Positions 19,141-29,433 of a DNA stretch of 64,000 nucleotides are shown here, piece after piece; within the stretch, counting starts at the first letter, position 1, and the number at the start of each line of letters is the position of its first letter. The position numbers and the translations under genes were made by a program. The DNA lies in the NCBI GenBank assembly GCA_039630545.1, contig JBCNUU010000003.1, forward strand, positions 162,679 to 226,678, in the 5' to 3' direction. Below the pieces are notes generated by a model. That model saw only the letters and a list, made by a program, of their open reading frames with translations, did no database searches and was not told the DNA's origin. This stretch comes from Endomicrobiia bacterium. GTDB lineage: Bacteria; Elusimicrobiota; Endomicrobiia; DTEH01.

Positions 19141-22100
19141 ATGTTTTTGAAATTAAAAAAATTTTGGTTCTTAACGGGGTTGATGTACTTTACACAAATA
19201 CTCTATTCCCTGCCTCAACCGATAACTGATCTTCAAGTTGTTGAAACTAAATTTAGACAGATAAAAATAAAATGGACTTCTCCTTTATCTGAACAACCTA
19301 TATTGTATTATCAGATAAGAGTTTCAACATACAGAGTATTGACTACAGAAGATGACTGGAATAACAACTCTACTGAAACAAGTTATCCTTACATAGTTGA
19401 AATAGAAACATATTCCCTGCAGGGACAAACAATAAGTTATACTTTTACTAATCTTGAAAATTTTAAAACATACTTTTTTGCAATAAAATCCTCAACTTCT
19501 TCAAATAAAGTTCCTCTTTCTTCGATAGACAACAATCCCTTTAGACCCTATGCTCAACCTGTAAATCATGCTCCTTACTGGTTAGAAATAGCACCTGTTT
19601 GGCCTGCTTATGGAGTATTAGTAACTTCAAACAATTTTGTAGGTTTTGACTTTAAAGACGCATATGACGAAGACCTCAACTACGGAGATAGCCTAAAGTA
19701 TGAACTTTATTATTCTACAAAAGCATCTGCTCTTTTTGGTTCAACTCCTCCTTTACTTACTGGAGCATATATCGGAAGTGTATTTGGAGTTACTACAAGT
19801 TATGTTCAAATTTTAGCTAACAATTTTTCTGACAATACAACCTATTATTGGAGAGTTAAAGTAATAGATTATGAAGAAAAATTTAGCTGGTCTATAGATA
19901 ACTCAGATATCTGTAGGTTTATAATAAATCATACTCCAGAAGTTCCTTCTACATTTACACTTATTTTGCCATATTATGGTAAAAAAATCCAAGAAGTTAC
20001 AGACGGTGTTTTTTTTGACTGGACAGAACCTGCTGATAACGATCCTTTTGATAGATTTACTTATTCGTTGTACATGTCTTCACAGTCACAAAATTCTGGC
20101 TTTTCTTTAGTAGCTGGAGATATTGACTGGTCTTCTTATACATTAAGTAGTATTTTTGGAAGTAATTGGGTTGAGAATCAGAAGTATTTTTGGTTTGTAA
20201 AGGCAAAAGATAGTTATTCTTTGACATCTTATTCTTTGACTTATTATTTTGTAATAAATTCTTACGAAGAACCTCCTTATAATAATTCTTTAATTACTCC
20301 AGGTACTACTGTTTATTTCCCTTTTGATGTTTACAATCCGGCTCATGTGCTTTTTACTTTAAAACCTACATTTTATTGGACAGCCTCATCTGATATTGAT
20401 TTAGAGACAACAATTTATTATCAGTTATTCATATCTTCTTTTTCTTCAAATCCAGATGAATTAAATTCTTTATTTTATACAATTTCGCCGATATTTACTA
20501 CATATTACTATTTATCTCTGGATGTGCTTAAAAACAACACAACTTATTACTGGCAGGTAAGAATATGGGATGAACCCTACAGTGGCTATGCAGTTTATTC
20601 TTCCAGTCCTTTTTGGTTTTTTACTTGTACAACTAACACTCCTCCAAAAGCTGCTATTCTTAAAAAACCTCCTGATAACTTTACTACTTCTTATTTTTAT
20701 CCAAAATTTGAATGGGATACAGGGAAAGACGAAGGCTTTAACGCATCCATAAGTTCTCAAGCTTTTATTTTATGGAATAATTTTGAAACAATATATCTGG
20801 CGGGACTTTCTAAAAATACAAGCTTTTATATTCACTCTGTTGCTTTAAGAAACAACACCACATATTTCTGGCAAGTAATCACCTATGACAACGGCTATCC
20901 TCCGCCTCAACTTTCAAGTGGCTCTGCAATTTTTAGTTTCTATATAAAAAATTCATCACCTTTAGCTTTTAATTTGATTTCTCCTCTTAAAGCACAGATA
21001 GTGCAAACTCAAAATATTCAAATTTTCTGGGAGGAAGCATTAGAACCGGACAGCGAGCCTGTAACCTATAAAGTTATTTATTCTTCAGATAACTTTTTAA
21101 GTCTTACTTCTTCTGATGGTATTAAGACTACAAATTTTATAATACCCAACTTAAAAGACAATACAACATATTGGTGGTATGTATGTGCTTATGATGTATG
21201 GGGGTTTAGAAGTTTTTCTTCAACATTTTACTTTATAGTTGATAACATATCCCAAAACCCGCTTGGTTTTAATTTAGTTTCGCCACAGAATAATTTTTTA
21301 AGTTTGTATCCATCTGTCACATTCTACTGGCAGTCAACTTCAGATCCGGATCCCTTTGAGAGTGTGTCTTATGAAGTTATTATTTCAACTGAGCTTTCTT
21401 TAACTCCTGTATACTTTTCAACAAAAACAGAAAACACATATTTTTATGCCGATGAAAAAATACTTAATATAAATACTACATACTACTGGACGGTTGTAGC
21501 TATCTCTTCAAGAAGTGGCCAGAGTTTTGCGTCCAATGGGCCTTTTAAGTTTTCTGTATATAATACAGCTCCTACCAGGCCCATTTTGATTTTTCCTTTA
21601 GACAAACAGATAATTACTAAATCTAGTTGTACTTTAAGTTGGTCAAGATGTGTTGACTTACAGAATGATGAGTTTTATTACGAATTATACATAAGCACCA
21701 ACAATATAAATTTTGAGAAATTTTATTTAAGCTCTGTCCAAAACGAATTTCAAGTTAACCTGATAGATGATACTACCTACTGGTGGTATGTGGTAGTGGT
21801 AGATACCTTTAACAATAAAAACCACTCAGATACTTCTGTCTTTTATACTTCCTACTATAACATAGCGCCTGCAAAGCCAAAAATTCTTCAACCTGTTGAT
21901 GCACAACTGGTAAATTTACCATATATTATACGCTGGAGTAGCTGTTCAGATTCAGATATTTTTGATAGGGTAAACTATAGAATAGAAATTTCTACAGATG
22001 AAAACTTTTTCTATAAAGTTATAGTTAACTCTCAACCTCACACCTCGTATCTTTTAGAAGAATTTAAACTTTCTTTTGGAACTTATTATTTAAGAGTAAT

Positions 22101-23349
22101 AGCTTATGATACTTCTATTTATGAAAGTTATTCAGACACGATAAGTTTTATAATTCCCTTGTATAATGTTCAGTTATTTTCTCCACAAAATCTTCAAACA
22201 ATTACTGCTTTGCCGATTATTTTTAGCTACTCAAAGGTAGAACCTATAGTTTTACACGATACGATTACTTATAAAATAGTTTACTCAAGCAGTAACAAAT
22301 TTGATTTTAAAAATGAAATAAAAACTTTTTCTACATTTTACTTGGTCTGTTTACCACCTATTTTACCTGCTACATATTTTTGGTATATAGAAGTCTCAGA
22401 TTCGCATTTGAACATGTCAAAAAGTCAAATCTATAGTTTTATAATTCCTTATATATTGCCACCTCCATTGTTAGATGTTTCTGTTTCTACTTCTTCTGAA
22501 GGTTTACTGCTTTCATGGGAAAGTTTAAATTTTGAAAATTTCTGGTGTTATAGAATATATAAAGGGTATGAAACAGAAAACATGCAACTTATAGGTTCAA
22601 CAACAGAGCATTTCTTTTTAGATAGATATGGTTTGCAAGGAGAGTTTTATTATACAATAAAGACAGTAAACCAATTTGGCATTGAAAGTGAAAATAATAA
22701 ATACATCAAACTTTTAAATGGTAAACAGGTAGATTTTTATTTTAGTCAGGATAGAATAGTTACTGTATTAATTCCCAAAACAGAAGGTCTTTCCTGGGTG
22801 GATATACAAAAACTTATCCAGTATGAAAACGAAGTATGTCCTTATGTATATGAAATTTTATCTTCAAAAAACAAAACTGACGATTTTTTTCAAATTCAAT
22901 TCATAAAACCACAGGGTATTGAAAACTACTCTATTCAGTATTATGATGGTAATTTATGGCAAGATATGTTTTCTTATGAAGTTCAAGAAAAAATCACAGT
23001 TAATACTCAATATTTAGGCAGGTACCGTTTAGTGTTACTTCAGGCACCAGATAATAAGAGAATTACCATAATTGGTTGTTCACCCACTAAGAAAATAATT
23101 ACTCCCAATAATGATGGTTACAATGACTATATAGAATTCCACTATGAAGTGGGTTCTTACATTATTGGATATTTATACGATGTAAATTTGAAAAAAATCT
23201 GTAAATTAAAAAATAAAGATAAAAATATATTATATTTTGATGGAAAAAATGAAGATGGAAATTTTATTCCTCCGGGAATTTATATTTATTACATAACATC
23301 ACAGTTAGATAATAGAAGTTTCACAGGAACTGTTGTAATCAAATACTGA
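19141..23349 (+). CDS. Large secreted Fn3/Ig-like repeat protein with T9SS type-B-like (CHU_C) C-terminal domain
   Basis: Signal peptide; about 11 repeats of ~100 aa carrying [DN]xTYYWxV; C-terminal TPNNDGYND...FDGKNEDG...PGIYIY...GTVVI. Confidence 0.75.
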   Translation: MFLKLKKFWFLTGLMYFTQILYSLPQPITDLQVVETKFRQIKIKWTSPLSEQPILYYQIRVSTYRVLTTEDDWNNNSTETSYPYIVEIETYSLQGQTISYTFTNLENFKTYFFAIKSSTSSNKVPLSSIDNNPFRPYAQPVNHAPYWLEIAPVWPAYGVLVTSNNFVGFDFKDAYDEDLNYGDSLKYELYYSTKASALFGSTPPLLTGAYIGSVFGVTTSYVQILANNFSDNTTYYWRVKVIDYEEKFSWSIDNSDICRFIINHTPEVPSTFTLILPYYGKKIQEVTDGVFFDWTEPADNDPFDRFTYSLYMSSQSQNSGFSLVAGDIDWSSYTLSSIFGSNWVENQKYFWFVKAKDSYSLTSYSLTYYFVINSYEEPPYNNSLITPGTTVYFPFDVYNPAHVLFTLKPTFYWTASSDIDLETTIYYQLFISSFSSNPDELNSLFYTISPIFTTYYYLSLDVLKNNTTYYWQVRIWDEPYSGYAVYSSSPFWFFTCTTNTPPKAAILKKPPDNFTTSYFYPKFEWDTGKDEGFNASISSQAFILWNNFETIYLAGLSKNTSFYIHSVALRNNTTYFWQVITYDNGYPPPQLSSGSAIFSFYIKNSSPLAFNLISPLKAQIVQTQNIQIFWEEALEPDSEPVTYKVIYSSDNFLSLTSSDGIKTTNFIIPNLKDNTTYWWYVCAYDVWGFRSFSSTFYFIVDNISQNPLGFNLVSPQNNFLSLYPSVTFYWQSTSDPDPFESVSYEVIISTELSLTPVYFSTKTENTYFYADEKILNINTTYYWTVVAISSRSGQSFASNGPFKFSVYNTAPTRPILIFPLDKQIITKSSCTLSWSRCVDLQNDEFYYELYISTNNINFEKFYLSSVQNEFQVNLIDDTTYWWYVVVVDTFNNKNHSDTSVFYTSYYNIAPAKPKILQPVDAQLVNLPYIIRWSSCSDSDIFDRVNYRIEISTDENFFYKVIVNSQPHTSYLLEEFKLSFGTYYLRVIAYDTSIYESYSDTISFIIPLYNVQLFSPQNLQTITALPIIFSYSKVEPIVLHDTITYKIVYSSSNKFDFKNEIKTFSTFYLVCLPPILPATYFWYIEVSDSHLNMSKSQIYSFIIPYILPPPLLDVSVSTSSEGLLLSWESLNFENFWCYRIYKGYETENMQLIGSTTEHFFLDRYGLQGEFYYTIKTVNQFGIESENNKYIKLLNGKQVDFYFSQDRIVTVLIPKTEGLSWVDIQKLIQYENEVCPYVYEILSSKNKTDDFFQIQFIKPQGIENYSIQYYDGNLWQDMFSYEVQEKITVNTQYLGRYRLVLLQAPDNKRITIIGCSPTKKIITPNNDGYNDYIEFHYEVGSYIIGYLYDVNLKKICKLKNKDKNILYFDGKNEDGNFIPPGIYIYYITSQLDNRSFTGTVVIKY

Positions 23350-24782
23350 TGAAAAAGAAAGCTATATTATCTTTTATATTTTTTGTAATTTTTAAAACTG
23401 AAATATTTCCTTTTACTGAAATTTCTTTTGTAGGTTATCCGTTTTCTGTAAATAGTGTAGTTATTAATCCTGCAGCAGCTGGATTGCTTAATAATAAGTT
23501 CAATATAGAATTAGGCTATGGATGGTTATATGGAAATGTTTTAGAAAATGCTTTATATACTACCCAGATAGCTTCTGCAGTAAACTTAAAAAAAGTATTT
23601 CTGGGTCTGCTTCAGGAAGCTTTTGTATTAGAAAATATTTATTCAGAAGAAGTTTATATATTAAATTTTGGATGTAAACTTCTTAATAAAAAAATTTTTT
23701 TGGCAAGTGCTTTTAGATATTATGTTTTTAAATATTTCTATGATGAATACTACGAAAACGATCCTTTGAAAGAAGATCGAGTTTTTACATATAATTTTGA
23801 TTTGGGGTTAATATGTGAACTTTTTAATAATCTTTTTGTTTCATTAAGCGGTATAAATATATATGAAAACCGACTCGGAAAAGAAATTAATTTTTTGTTG
23901 CCTAAAAAGTATATTTTTGCTTTGTTTTATAAATATCTTGATGAAGGTTCTTTTAATTTTGAGGTAGATTTTAAACACATACAGATCTCTGACCGGAAAC
24001 AAAATGAACTAAGTTATAAGTTGGGAATATCTCAAAGGGTTTTTTCTTTTAGAAATTTTAGTTTTGACTTATCAGCTTTTTTAAGAAAAGACGGAGATTC
24101 CTTTGGATTTTTTTTCTCATTTTATAATAAATTTCTCAATAAGTTAGGGTTAAGATATATATGGGAGTATCCAGTATCTGATATACAAAAGTTTATAGGC
24201 AACCATTACATTATTTTAGATTTTGAATTTGGAAAAAAAACACAACCTGTTATAGAAGAAAAGTCTCTTACAGAAAAGAAAACATTAAAAGAACAAAAGC
24301 AGTCACAACCCGCATCTATAGATGGGAGTTCTTTATCTAAAGAGCAACTCAAACAAGAAGTTTCAAAACCAGAAATAAAGATATCTACAATTTCACCGAG
24401 CTTCAAAGAGTTAGAAACAAAAACATACCAGTTAACACAAAAATCCACAAATTTCGAAGGGTCTCCGTCTAAAGAAGAAAAAATCGCTTTAGAAAAAAAG
24501 CTTTATTTATTAGATGTTTCGACACATCCCTTAATTTCAAAAACCACACCTTATAAAGAACCTCAACCTAAAAAAGAACAACTACCACCCACCAAACCAC
24601 TTGTTTTATATTATAAATTTCCTTTAGCGCATAAAGTTAAAGAGGGAGAAACTCTTATTAGCATTTCAAAGAAATATTATAATACTGAGAAATACTGGAA
24701 AAAGATATACGAAGCAAACAAAGACAAAATAATAAAAGGAGTCCCAATAGTAGGGGAGATTTTAATAATTCCTGAGCCTTGA
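23349..24782 (+). CDS. PorV/PorP-like beta-barrel protein with charged linker and C-terminal LysM domain
   Basis: Signal peptide, early NPAAAG motif, alternating aromatic beta-strands ending HYIILDFEFG; LysM HKVKEGETLISISKKYY..WKKIYEAN..G..LIIP (24630-24779). Confidence 0.65.
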   Translation: MKKKAILSFIFFVIFKTEIFPFTEISFVGYPFSVNSVVINPAAAGLLNNKFNIELGYGWLYGNVLENALYTTQIASAVNLKKVFLGLLQEAFVLENIYSEEVYILNFGCKLLNKKIFLASAFRYYVFKYFYDEYYENDPLKEDRVFTYNFDLGLICELFNNLFVSLSGINIYENRLGKEINFLLPKKYIFALFYKYLDEGSFNFEVDFKHIQISDRKQNELSYKLGISQRVFSFRNFSFDLSAFLRKDGDSFGFFFSFYNKFLNKLGLRYIWEYPVSDIQKFIGNHYIILDFEFGKKTQPVIEEKSLTEKKTLKEQKQSQPASIDGSSLSKEQLKQEVSKPEIKISTISPSFKELETKTYQLTQKSTNFEGSPSKEEKIALEKKLYLLDVSTHPLISKTTPYKEPQPKKEQLPPTKPLVLYYKFPLAHKVKEGETLISISKKYYNTEKYWKKIYEANKDKIIKGVPIVGEILIIPEP

Positions 24783-24907
24783 ATGGAATGTATACATTGG
24801 TGTTTTAGATTTATACTAAAATTAAAAGTTTATTTACAAAATAATTTTGCTTCTTTAATATCTTTTTGAAAAGTTTTTCAAGAATTTGGAGATTTATTTT
24901 TTACTTG

Positions 24908-24936
24908 TTGCTAAATTAAAAAAATTATAGTAAATT
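24908..24936 (+). promoter_or_regulatory. Candidate sigma70 promoter TTGCTA-N17-TAAATT
   Basis: 17-bp spacing; nearly identical element upstream of etfB. Confidence 0.45.
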
Positions 24937-24969
24937 ATATTAGATAGTTTTTTACGGAGGTGACTTCTT

Positions 24970-25929
24970 ATGGTAGATGAGGAAGAAAAATTTTATAGCT
25001 GGGAGGAAATAGAAAAAGAACTCTCAGAACTTGAACTTCAGTATGGTGACAGTGACGAAATAGTAAAAAATCTCATAACACCGTCAGTGTCAGCATACTG
25101 GAGAAAAAAATTAGAAGAAGAAAAAATTTTATATGAAAAAATGCTGCAAACCAAAGAGGAAGAAAAAAAACAGATTTTGTTAAAATTACAACAGCAACAG
25201 GAAATAATAGAGGATTTAAAAAAACAAATAGAAAAGTTAGAACGAGGAGAATACGAAAAGTTAAAAGACAAATACGAAGAACTTAAACTCAAAGAAATAG
25301 AGATAGAAAAAGAAAAAGAAAAAATTATCTGGCAACAACAAATTCAAGGACTTGAGTTTGATAAAAAAATAATTCAGCAAGAAATTGAAAAGACTAAAAG
25401 AGAGTATGAACAACAAAAACAGGAGTTGCTTGTCTACTATAACAGACAATTTAGTTCTTTATTGGAAGTTCAAAATCAACTGCTTGAAGAAACAAATAGT
25501 TTAGAACAGGAAATTGACAATATAATTAAAGAAACAAAAGAAGAGATTTTAAAAGCAAATAAACAGATAGAAGACTACTCAAAAGAAATAAATAACTTGA
25601 AAACGATTATAGAGAGTATAAAACAAGAAAAAGAAATTATTCTTACAGAAAAAAATAATTTAGTCAAAAAAATAGAAGAAATAAAACAACAATCTTTTCA
25701 AGACAAAAGACAACTTTTGACAGCGATAGTTCAAAATGTTAAAATTTATATAAATGACATAAGAAGTTTATGTGGTTTAATAATAGCTGCTGTTAATTTT
25801 ATGATGAAACATTCAAAATTTAAAAAATCTGCCAGATTTCATCAAGAGCTTATTCTTAACACTGTTCAACGGATAATAAGTATCTTGGATGAAATTATTA
25901 AGTCAATACTTGAATATCCAATAGTATAA
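24970..25929 (+). CDS. Long coiled-coil protein with C-terminal degenerate HisKA/DHp-like hairpin
   Basis: E/K/Q-rich heptads; C-terminal INDIRSLCGLII...HQELILNTVQRIISILDEII; SD GGAGGT. Confidence 0.6.
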   Translation: MVDEEEKFYSWEEIEKELSELELQYGDSDEIVKNLITPSVSAYWRKKLEEEKILYEKMLQTKEEEKKQILLKLQQQQEIIEDLKKQIEKLERGEYEKLKDKYEELKLKEIEIEKEKEKIIWQQQIQGLEFDKKIIQQEIEKTKREYEQQKQELLVYYNRQFSSLLEVQNQLLEETNSLEQEIDNIIKETKEEILKANKQIEDYSKEINNLKTIIESIKQEKEIILTEKNNLVKKIEEIKQQSFQDKRQLLTAIVQNVKIYINDIRSLCGLIIAAVNFMMKHSKFKKSARFHQELILNTVQRIISILDEIIKSILEYPIV

Positions 25930-25931
25930 AA

Positions 25932-27080
25932 ATGGATGAAAAATTATTATTTGTTTATTCTAAAGAAAAAAGGATATACCTTCCTGAAGTTTTATTTAAA
26001 GAATACCAAATAAGAGCGATACCTTCTAACTTAAAAATATCAAGAGAAATTCTTGAATATAAACCACAGATAATATTATTAGATGAATTTGTACAGTTTG
26101 GGTTAGCGAAAAAAATATGTAACAGGTTTAAATTTATACCGATTGGAATAGTAGGATACTTTGAAAAACCCAAAAAAATTGAAAATTTTTTAGAGTTAGG
26201 CGTGAATATAATAAATCTTAATCAGCCTCAAGAAGAGATAAATTCAACCATAAAAAATCTTTTATGGTTTTCTTTGTCAAAACAAGAGATATGGGATGAA
26301 GAATATAAAATTTCTAAAAGTGAGAACATAAAAGAGAAAATCTGGAACATTTCTAAAATTTTTATTGAAATATTTGTGATTTTATTATTAGTAGTAGGTG
26401 TACCTAAACTTTACAATTTTATTATTTCGCACAAAAAACTTTTTTATGAGTTAGATGTTGGTTATATCACTGCATGTGATGTATGTATTGTGGGAGATAG
26501 ATACATACTTAACGATTGGACATTGAGAAATTTATTTGAATATGGACAAACAAATGATAAGCTTCTTAAGATGTATGTTCCGCAGGAGCAAATAAATTCT
26601 TTATCTGTTAATCACAGCTATGCTGTAGCATTTTCTATGTTTACAGAGAAGATTTATTTATATAAATATCCTGAGTTTTCTTTGATTACATCTACAGAGC
26701 TGTTAAAAAATACAACAGTTTTGTCTATTTATATAGATGAAAACAATCACCTTTATCTTTTAGACAATAAATCCGCATTTTATGAATTTGTAATAAAAGA
26801 TAATAGATTTGTTTTTATTTCATCCTTTGTAATAAAGGAAATTTTTCCTTTGGATGTTGTAGTGAAAAATGAAGATATCTATATTCTTGACAATGCGAAT
26901 AATATACATAGATTGAAAAAAAATAGTTATAAAAAAGAAAAAACTATAGTTTTTTCTCAATTTTTTGATATTAAACAATATAAATTCAGCTCATTTGCTT
27001 TTAGTGAAAGGTGGCTTTATTTAGTAAGTGAAAAAGATAAAAAAGTATTTAAGTTACCTACTAATATCTTGAAAATATAA
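25932..27080 (+). CDS. Membrane protein: atypical receiver-like N-domain, one TM helix, predicted beta-propeller
   Basis: KPQIILLDE, IPIGIVG, FLELGV; TM IFIEIFVILLLVVGV; repeated LYLLD/IYILD/LYLVS strands. Confidence 0.55.
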   Translation: MDEKLLFVYSKEKRIYLPEVLFKEYQIRAIPSNLKISREILEYKPQIILLDEFVQFGLAKKICNRFKFIPIGIVGYFEKPKKIENFLELGVNIINLNQPQEEINSTIKNLLWFSLSKQEIWDEEYKISKSENIKEKIWNISKIFIEIFVILLLVVGVPKLYNFIISHKKLFYELDVGYITACDVCIVGDRYILNDWTLRNLFEYGQTNDKLLKMYVPQEQINSLSVNHSYAVAFSMFTEKIYLYKYPEFSLITSTELLKNTTVLSIYIDENNHLYLLDNKSAFYEFVIKDNRFVFISSFVIKEIFPLDVVVKNEDIYILDNANNIHRLKKNSYKKEKTIVFSQFFDIKQYKFSSFAFSERWLYLVSEKDKKVFKLPTNILKI

Positions 27081-27110
27081 AAGCAAAAAACTGAAAGGAG
27101 TAAAATTAAA

Positions 27111-28364
27111 ATGCAGTTATCTCATCTTAAAAAGACAGATATAGAAATTTATGAAGCCTTAAAACAAGAACTTCAAAGACAAAGAGAAAATCTTGAGTTA
27201 ATAGCTTCAGAAAACTTTCCATCTTTAGCAGTTTTAGAAACACAAGGTTCTATTATGGGAAACAAATATGCGGAGGGATATCCCTCTAAACGATATTATG
27301 GTGGATGTCAGTATATGGATGTAGTAGAAACAATAGCAATTGAAAGAGCAAAACTTTTGTTCCATGCAGAACATGCTAATGTTCAACCTCATAGTGGTAC
27401 ACAGGCTAATATGGCTGTGTATTTTGCTGTTCTTAATCCTGGGGACACTATAATGGGTATGCATCTTTCTCATGGAGGTCATCTTTCTCATGGACACCCA
27501 GCAAGTTTTTCAGGAAGATACTACAAAGTTGTCCCCATAAATGTAAGAAAAAAAGATCATCTTATTGATTACAAAGAAATAGAAAAACTAGCTAAAAAAT
27601 ATAAACCAAAACTTATTGTAGCTGGTTCTTCTTCTTATTCAAGAGTTATAGACTGGGAAAAGTTCAGGGAAATATGTGATGAAATTAATGCTTATTTACT
27701 TGCTGATGTGGCACATTATGCTGGTCTTATTGCAGCTGGACTTTATCCTTCACCAGTACCTTATGCTGATTTTGTTACTTTTACAACTCACAAGACATTG
27801 CGTGGTCCAAGAGGTGCTATAATTTTGTGTAAAAAAAAGTTTGCGCATTTAATAGATAGAATGATTTTTCCTGGGATTCAAGGAGGGCCAATGATGCATA
27901 CAATTGCTGCTAAAGCTGTGGCTTTAAAAGAAGCTATGACAGAAGAGTTTAAGTTATATCAAGCAAATGTGTTATCTAACGCCAGAACATTAGCAGAAGA
28001 GCTTGCAAAAAAAGGTTTCAAGATTGTTTCTGGACAAACAGATTGTCATATGTTTTTAGTTGATCTAACTAATTTTAAAATTACGGGCCTAGAGGCACAA
28101 AATATTTTAGAAGCAGCTGGTATTACAGTTAATAAGAATTCTATACCCTATGATCCTAAACCTCCAGCTGAGACATCTGGAATAAGGATAGGCACACCAG
28201 CTGTGACTACAAGAGGTATGAAGCAAAAAGAAATGGTAATAATTGCTGAGTTAATAGAAAAAGTTATAAAATCTCGCGGAAGCAAGAATGTAACTTCTTA
28301 TGTTAGAAATAAAGTTAAGTTACTTTTAGAAAAATTCCCTCTATATAAAGAGTTAAACTATTAA
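27111..28364 (+). CDS. glyA: Serine hydroxymethyltransferase
   Basis: [48 protein letters not shown]. Confidence 0.98.
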   Translation: MQLSHLKKTDIEIYEALKQELQRQRENLELIASENFPSLAVLETQGSIMGNKYAEGYPSKRYYGGCQYMDVVETIAIERAKLLFHAEHANVQPHSGTQANMAVYFAVLNPGDTIMGMHLSHGGHLSHGHPASFSGRYYKVVPINVRKKDHLIDYKEIEKLAKKYKPKLIVAGSSSYSRVIDWEKFREICDEINAYLLADVAHYAGLIAAGLYPSPVPYADFVTFTTHKTLRGPRGAIILCKKKFAHLIDRMIFPGIQGGPMMHTIAAKAVALKEAMTEEFKLYQANVLSNARTLAEELAKKGFKIVSGQTDCHMFLVDLTNFKITGLEAQNILEAAGITVNKNSIPYDPKPPAETSGIRIGTPAVTTRGMKQKEMVIIAELIEKVIKSRGSKNVTSYVRNKVKLLLEKFPLYKELNY

Positions 28365-28377
28365 ACTTAGCTAACTT

Positions 28378-29421
28378 ATGTTTAAAATATATCTAACAGG
28401 TGTTATCTTATCATTTATTTTTTCAGTTTTTTTGGTTCCTTTTTCAAATTTTCTTGCAAAGAAATTTGGAATTTATGACCGCCCATCTAAAAGAAAACTA
28501 AAATATAGAAAACTTACAAGATGGGCAGGTTTTGGAATGTTTTTAGCATTTTTTTTATCTTTAGTAGTTTTAATAAAAATCTTTCCAGAGCTAAAAGATA
28601 TTTTAAATTATAAATATACAATAGATTGGGAAGAATATAAAGAGACAATAAGTATTTCAAAGCAGCTTTTAGGAATATTTTTTGCATCTTTACTTGTAGT
28701 CATAGTAGGAAGTATTGACGACAAATTTGGGCTTTCGGCAGGTGTAAAATTTTTATTTCAGGTAATAACAGCATATTGTGCTATAGATTACGGTGTAAGA
28801 ATTTTAGGAATAACTTTTCCATTCAATGATAGATTTATTGCTTTTCCCAGAATTATAAGTCAGATTGTTACAATTATTTGGCTGTGTAGTTTTATGAATA
28901 TGATAAATCTTATAGATGGTATTGATGGATTAGCTGGAGGAATCGTTTTGATTTCAAGTTTTGCATTTTTTATTATTTCGGTTTTACAACAACAAATGAT
29001 ATCCTCAATTATTTCAAATCAATTGATTTTATCTTCTTTGTTAAGTCTAATTTTGTGTGGAACAGTTGGTGGTTTTTTAGTTTACAATTTTTATCCAGCA
29101 AAACTTTTTATGGGTGATACAGGTGCGTTATTTTTAGGTTTACTTGTAGGGTGTATTACTACTGTAGGGACATTAAAAACAGGTGCTTTGTTGTCTTTTG
29201 TTATACCTGTAATTATAGCAGGTGTTCCATTTTTGGATGTGGCTATGACTATAATAAGAAGAATAAAGAAAAAAGTTAGTATAGGTCTGGCTGACAGACA
29301 TCATATCCATCATATACTGTTATCTTATGGCTGGACAGAAAGAGAAGTTGTTTTGTTTTTCTATGTTATAAGTTTATTTTTGTCAATAATTTCTATTTCG
29401 ATATTAGCGCTTAGGAGGTAA
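28378..29421 (+). CDS. Undecaprenyl-phosphate GlcNAc-1-phosphate transferase (WecA/TagO, MraY family)
   Basis: GSIDD, NMINLIDGIDGLA, NFYPAKLFMGDTG, DRHHIHH; multi-TM. Confidence 0.9.
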   Translation: MFKIYLTGVILSFIFSVFLVPFSNFLAKKFGIYDRPSKRKLKYRKLTRWAGFGMFLAFFLSLVVLIKIFPELKDILNYKYTIDWEEYKETISISKQLLGIFFASLLVVIVGSIDDKFGLSAGVKFLFQVITAYCAIDYGVRILGITFPFNDRFIAFPRIISQIVTIIWLCSFMNMINLIDGIDGLAGGIVLISSFAFFIISVLQQQMISSIISNQLILSSLLSLILCGTVGGFLVYNFYPAKLFMGDTGALFLGLLVGCITTVGTLKTGALLSFVIPVIIAGVPFLDVAMTIIRRIKKKVSIGLADRHHIHHILLSYGWTEREVVLFFYVISLFLSIISISILALRR

Positions 29422-29433
29422 TTAAACATAAAA

